Source: Macrostomum lignano
Taxonomy: Eukaryota
Reading direction: 5' to 3'
Length of the DNA stretch: 64,000 bases
Assembly (NCBI GenBank): GCA_002269645.1
Contig: NIVC01000013.1
Location: 806,001-870,000, forward strand
Of the stretch, positions 23,101 to 64,000 are shown in pieces. Position 1 is the stretch's first letter; each line of letters starts with the position of its first letter. The notes beneath the pieces were generated by a model. That model was given only the letters and a program-made list of their open reading frames with translations, searched no databases and was not told the origin of the DNA. Position numbers and translations under genes: made by a program.

Positions 23101-25354
23101 CTGTGTGAAAATGGCAATCAATAACATCGAAGTAAACTGCTGATAAATATAACTTTTTGCTGTCCATTTGAGCTTACGCGCATTAAATTTAATCAGAGAT
23201 ACGTTTGCGAAAAGAATGGAGATTTTGTCCGAGGTAACAAGGCTTGCACAGCAGCATTTAATTTGGTCCAACAAGCAACAGCTTGGACCATTAGATATTA
23301 TGAAACCCAATCATAAGTTACAGCTATACAATGGATAAATAATCAGCGGTCTCAGTGTGTGACAACGATTGTCTGGCGAGCGCCGGTAGCGTTAATGGGA
23401 AAATCAGAGGGCGCAGTTAGGCGCCCGAGGATTTTTCATTAACGCCCGCGGCGCGAGCCATAGACAAATCGTTGTCACGTGCTGCGACTGCTGATTCTTT
23501 GCATTGTTTTTCTGTTTGACGATCCTAAAAACATTGCTTAGCAATTTGACGATCATTATTCACATTTTTAATGCAGAACAATCCATTACTACAAACAATG
23601 CATTGTCTGTAGGATCGTCAAACAGAAAAACAATGCAAAGAATCAGCGGTCGCAGTGCGTGACAACGATTGTCTGACGAGCGCCCTCGCTCGGTAGGCGC
23701 GGTAGGCGCTAGCCATAGACAATCGTTGTCACGCACTGGGACCGCTGATTATTTATCCAATGCATTGTTTGTAGTAATGTACGAGTATTGTTCTGCATAA
23801 AAAATGCGCATAATGATCGTCAAATTGCTAAACAATTAATTTTTTTGAGCAAATTTCACTGTACCAATGCAACAAGACGTAACAAATATTGAATACAATC
23901 TGCTCAACGACAACAAAATAAAAAAGCATTTCAGCATGGTCAAAACTGCGCTTCGATCACAAGCCCTTGGCGTTTGTTCGACAATCTAACATATGGTTCA
24001 CGATTCTGGGAATGCTCTGGCTCTTCCTCCGCAGTTACGAACAAATCATTGCTTTCATACTCACTGAAGTATAGGGGAGAAAATATAGAGCACTATGGAC
24101 CGAATTGATGCTTGTTGGACCAAAGTAAATGATGCTGATGGCATCCTTAAATTGCTATCATAGACAAAAGTTGCATTATTTCGGGAAACATATCTTGAAT
24201 TAAATCCGATGCGTTTAAGCCCAAAAAGCTGAAAAAAGCACAATACTTGTATTAGCTAATACCCTTTGAACTTCAAATTCGTTAAACAGTTAATCGAATT
24301 TGAAGCCACTTTGCTCAGCCTTTTGCGGTAGACACATGATTAGTCCCACCCCAGCAGTAAAGTTTCTGAGCATTTGTGTTGACAAATTTCACTCACTGTG
24401 GCAATGTTTCAGTTGCTGGCGGAATCGGATTTTGCCATAGACGTGGTATATCTTAGCTGATGAATTCCCTCACTTCGTCAAATTCGAAGTCATTTTTTCC
24501 TACTCTACCCAACCCAATAGCACTAGGATTAGCTGCGTGCATGCCTGACGAATTCGAACTCATTTTTGACGAATTAAAGTTGAAAATGTATTTCTATGAT
24601 TATGAATAGTTCTGAAATTACGAAATTAGCTTACTTAGCCTTGTAACTTATCAAATTACACGTAAAGCTATATCTTACAAACAAGACTCGATTCTGCCTT
24701 CAGTTAAATTTGTCTTATAAAACTCATACACCCGTAGTTAAAAAATTCTTACCCGAAGCCGGAGTTAACGATATGAATTCTACAGATACTTGGACAGTTC
24801 TGCAGCAGCCAGTTCGGCAGCCTCAAATCGGAGTCCCTGATGTGCAGACTGTGCAACGAGCAGCCAAATTTTTTCACATCGCTAGTCGACTTGTTGCCAT
24901 GGCTGGAAATAAACCCAGCAGAGCCCGTAATTTTTTCACTTCCGTCGTTGATTAGAACAAAATTGCTTCTGTCCAACGGTTCGGCCTCGTCGACTTCGTC
25001 GAGCTGGCAGCCGGTGATCTCCAGGCGAAGCAGACTCGAACGGCGAACTAAGCTATGTAGGTGCAGATTGGTGCAGGCGCTAAAATTGTTGCAATCAATC
25101 TTCAAGCTGCTGAGCTTAGTTGGACTAATATCTGTGCAGGGCAGCTGATCAGCTGGGACCTGATGCCCCGCCACCAGACGACAGATGGCCTCGCTGCGAG
25201 TAGCTTTCGTACAGGCGCAGACGGCGGGACCGGTCTCGCTTTGGTTGGTGCATTGTATGGACAGCCAGGCTGGATCGCCGCGTAGGCCAGGCTCGGAAGC
25301 CGGTTTAGCGCTCCAGGCTACTGTTGGCAGCAGCAGCAGTAGCAGCAGCAGCAT
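20198..25354 (-). CDS. Toll-like receptor, multiple-cysteine-cluster (protostome/Toll) type: signal peptide-LRRs-LRRCT-LRRNT-LRRs-LRRCT-TM-TIR. Firm exons 23036-22437 and 22354-20198; probable first exon 25354-24753; a short linking exon (e.g. starting at 24063) is unresolved
   Basis: LRR motifs (LHSLDLSNNHL, LRVLDLSHNLI, LETLDLSYNRL, LSHLDLRHNNL); internal CNC and CNPKCYCW clusters; NPFVCGC LRRCT; hydrophobic TM ~20905-20975; TIR-like domain from FHVFFYF. An 82-nt phase-0 intron at 22436-22355 joins frames. First exon starts MLLLLLLLLPTVAWSA and ends at donor gg|gtaaga. Confidence 0.85.
23332..23835. mobile_element. Complex of interlocked inverted repeats (two palindromic MITE-like units) in a TLR intron
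   Basis: Three inverted pairs: 23332-23374/23717-23759, 23462-23526/23611-23674, 23534-23605/23758-23835. Confidence 0.8.
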
Positions 25355-27408
25355 GGATACACTCTCACCAGCTGCTAGTATGAGGCGTTTTGAATCATTC
25401 ATGTCGAATTCATGTGAAGCAGGCAAAAATTGTTTTTAGAGTTTTTGAAATTGCTCGCTTATGTAGCCCGATGCTGCCACGCATTAAATTGTAGTAGAAT
25501 CAATGATACTAGCCTTGTACAGCAATAGTTGCATTACAATGAGCGGAGGAATATGCTTATTTACGAGCAGCTCTCCTGTCCCTTTCTCAAACTCATTCGC
25601 TTTATGCATGCGCATTATTCTCTCCTGTGGTCACTCACTAAGCATGTTAGTATTGTACGTATCTCGGTGCTTTCATAGCCGAAGCGAAAAAAGCAAGAAA
25701 ACAATGCTTAAATTCAGGATGCTAAATCTTTCGGAAATGGTCAGCTCTCAGTGCAGAAAACCACTAAGTTTTTTCTGAGAAGTTTCTCTAGCTAAGCTTG
25801 ACCTAAAATGAACTCGGGGCAATGGAACAGATTGTTGGAAAAGTAGACAAACGAATGATTTTATGTAGCAATGAGACAGAAAGCAGAAAAATAAATATCA
25901 CACCAGACTTATATTTATGCATAAACTGCATTTCATTGAATGAATAATAAAGGAGAAATTATCAGCGTCTGCGTCTAGACAGAAAAAATATTCCCGCGGC
26001 TTAGTAAAACAAGATCAGGAAAATATGCGTGGAAATTTCGGGAGATTACAAGTTAAAGAAGCAGCCAACTTTAAGTATTTAGCGCTTTTGCATGCGAACA
26101 GAGTCATAGTATTGCAATTCTAAAAAGTTTGTTATAGACCCAAGTACACCAGTTCAAGATTATTTACACCGACAAAACCTTCCGAGAGATAAAGTTAACA
26201 GTCGAAGAAAACTTGACTAAAATATTTAGCAAATCCAATTTTCAGCAGTACGAACTATTTGCGAGAAAGTATTTATTGAAAGTCAAAAGCTTGGCGCATA
26301 AGAATGTCTATTTGGGATTTACCTATGTCTTCAAGCTGCTACACCTGACACGGTAAACGTGAAAAGTTCGACGTACGCTCGTATTATATTTGTAAACAAT
26401 TCAGCATTTTCAGACGACTCACTGTCAGAGTTTGGGCGCTCAAGATTATATTAATTGATTTGTAAAATATTTATTAGCCAACTGAACAAAACAATGTGAT
26501 TTCGTCAGCCGTCTCAGCTATCCGATAAGATACAAAGCAATGATTAGATAATATTAAAACAAAAGTTTTAACGCAAGCTGCGGTTAAAACAAAGAAAAGA
26601 CAGTGAGAAAGGGTACAGTAACATAGTATAATATTAAATATTAAAATTAATGGGCGGGACAAGCTAACATGCAAACAATATTGCTGTTTTATCTTACCGG
26701 CACTGAAGGCAATGGTTGACGAAGATACACTTCAAATCTTGCAGAATAGACAAGCTTATATATCTTGTTAAAGCGCTTAAAATTTCAGGAACAAATTTTC
26801 GTAGTCACTTCACATAAAGTGATTTTACTAAGGTTTTGTCGAGTGAAATTTCTGAAATGCAATATCGAATGAACAGTTCAACAGTTCAGTTAAAAAGCAT
26901 GCACGATTTTAAACGAAAATATGAGACATTTTTTATCGAATCGCTTGTAATGAAAATATTGTTTCATTGCGACTTCCATCACAGAAGAGTAAAAGAAGTG
27001 CACAGACGCAGAGTAAGTTCTTTGCTTTTTCAACGTGCAAGCCAGAGTCTGCGATGACAGAAGTCCTCTCGCTGTGATCGGTGAGTCTGAAAAAAGAAGA
27101 GGTAGTTTAAAAAGGCTTGTTTCAGACCATCGGCGAGGAAGGACAGTCGATATTAGCATCAGCTCTACGATCTACGAGATTTAAGTTTAACCGACCGAAA
27201 AACTTTTAGGTATAAATGATAGATAGTCAAAAGTTCAAAAGTCTCATGATATTTTATGACGAGTGAATATAAACGCTTATTTTGCAGGATGAAGTTCGGA
27301 GTTCAAAACCTGCAAATTGGTGCTACACTTTAAAACACCAGCGAAAAAGTATTCTTACACCTTTTTGAGCATAATAAAAATATCAGAATATTGTGATCGC
27401 TACCTGGA

Positions 27409-62589
<35,181 letters not shown>

Positions 62590-62888
62590 TCAGCCGTTTC
62601 ACCCTGAAATGAAGCGGAGGAGAAATGGCAACTACTCAAGTGAAAGTGAAATCTTGTATTAGTAAAATCTGCCACTTTGAGCCGAGGGAACGATGCGAAC
62701 GTTTCGTTGTTGGGAAGAGCCGCGCTTATGTCTGGGGTTGCTAAAAATAATTCCAAAGTGCGCAGGTGATGTACAATAAACGTAAACAGTACGGAAGAGG
62801 TGCAGCAGAATTGAAATTAGAAATGCGACTTGCCGAGACAATTAATTTAAATTCAGAGGATGGGACAACGAAAGGCGACTTGACTCCA

Positions 62889-63690
62889 CCTATCCACTGG
62901 CAGCTCTATCTATCCACTGGCAGCTCTATCTATCCACTGGCAGCTCTATCTATCCACTGGCAGCTCTATCTATCCACTGGCAGCTCTATCTATCCACTGG
63001 CAGCTCTATCTATCCACTGGCAGCTCTATCTATCCACTGGCAGCTCTATCTATCCACTGGCAGCTCTATCTATCCACTGGCAGCTCTATCTATCCACTGG
63101 CAGCTGTATCTATCCACTGGCAGCTCTATCTATCCACTGGCAGCTCTATCTATCCACTGGCAGCTCTATCTATCCACTGGCAGCTCTATCTATCCACCGG
63201 CAGCTCTATCTATCCACTGGGCTCTATCTATCCACTGGCAGCTCTATCTATCCACTGGCAGCTCTATCTATCCACTGGCAGCTCTATCTATCCACTGGAA
63301 GCTCTATCTATCCAGGCAGCTCTATCTATCCACGGCAGCTCTATCTATCCACTGGCAGCTCTATCTATCCTGAGGCAGCTCTATCTATCCACTGGCAGCT
63401 CTATCTATCCACTGGCAGCTCTATCTATCCACCGGCAGCTCTATCTATCCACTGGCAGCTCTATCTATCCACTGGCAGCTCTATCTATCCACGGCAGCTG
63501 TATCTATCCACGGCAGCTCTATCTATCCACTGGCAGCTCTATCTATCCACTGGCAGCTCTATCTATCCACTGGCAGCTCTATCTATCCACCGTCAGCTCT
63601 ATCTATCCACTGGCAGCTCTATCTATCCAAGGCAGCTCTATCTATCCACTGGCAGCTCTATCTATCCAATGGCAGCTCTATCTATCAGTG
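62889..63690. repeat. 20-bp minisatellite (ctatctatccactggcagct), ~40 copies, ~300 bp upstream of the otoferlin ATG
   Basis: Visible period 20; explains ORF 62766-63779. Confidence 0.95.
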
Positions 63691-64000
63691 GATCTATCTA
63701 TCTACGCAGGTGCTTCCAAATCCCCGTTCAGCCTCCTCCTGCTATACAATCAGATCGAAATAATCCAGCAAATTTCTAATTAGAATCTTTTTTGTTGTGC
63801 TTCGTAATGTGTTCGTTTCAACTCAAGCACACCTCATCATATTTGAGCACAACAATTTTTTTCGGCAGGCAATTATGAAACCGTTGAACTGCAGCAAAAA
63901 ACGGTCCCACTCAGGAGTCCCCTACCTACCAGCCGCTAACTACCCCGGTTTCCCTAATTAGCGGGCGGAACAGCAATTTCAGAATTGATTGACAAGCATC

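Noticed and set aside
24061-24612. Chain of 31-34-nt mini-introns and small exons within the TLR gene
   Set aside because: Several GT..AG pairs exist, but no combination tried gave a stop-free frame from 24753 through this stretch.
26698-26851. Exon-like segment with a single in-frame TGA (selenocysteine or readthrough?)
   Set aside because: No SECIS or homology evidence; a non-coding 5'UTR exon of the TLR or chance is more likely.
62766-63779. 337-aa ORF
   Set aside because: Translation of the 20-bp minisatellite.

Overview
Eukaryotic (invertebrate animal) genomic DNA: GC-richer exons, AT-rich GT-AG introns (several only ~80-90 nt), many mini/microsatellites and small palindromic elements. 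The style and gene content suggest a lophotrochozoan, plausibly a free-living flatworm such as Macrostomum (inference only). Genes reconstructed by hand from splice sites and reading frame: (1) the probable last exon of an upstream gene (1095-1819, +); (2) a two-exon Cys-loop receptor subunit with an anion-type Pro-Ala M2 motif (4175-11346, +); (3) a three-exon ankyrin-repeat gene (13339-15168, -); (4) an orphan two-exon ORF (16523-17402, -); (5) a multi-cysteine-cluster Toll-like receptor with a divergent TIR (20198-25354, -); (6) a ~32-exon otoferlin (27409-62589, -). The otoferlin has duplicated alternative transmembrane last exons, a 27-nt microexon in the C2D calcium-binding loop and one unresolved frame junction. 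Non-genic highlights: a dispersed ~120-bp element whose stems show compensatory changes between copies and which is tandemly amplified at one site; an interlocked inverted-repeat complex in a TLR intron; a hAT-type MITE with an 8-bp TSD; a tRNA-derived SINE; and a 10-bp near-palindrome (TACGCTCGTA) found 8 times in 25 kb. All coordinates were counted by eye and may be off by a few bases. No database searches were run.
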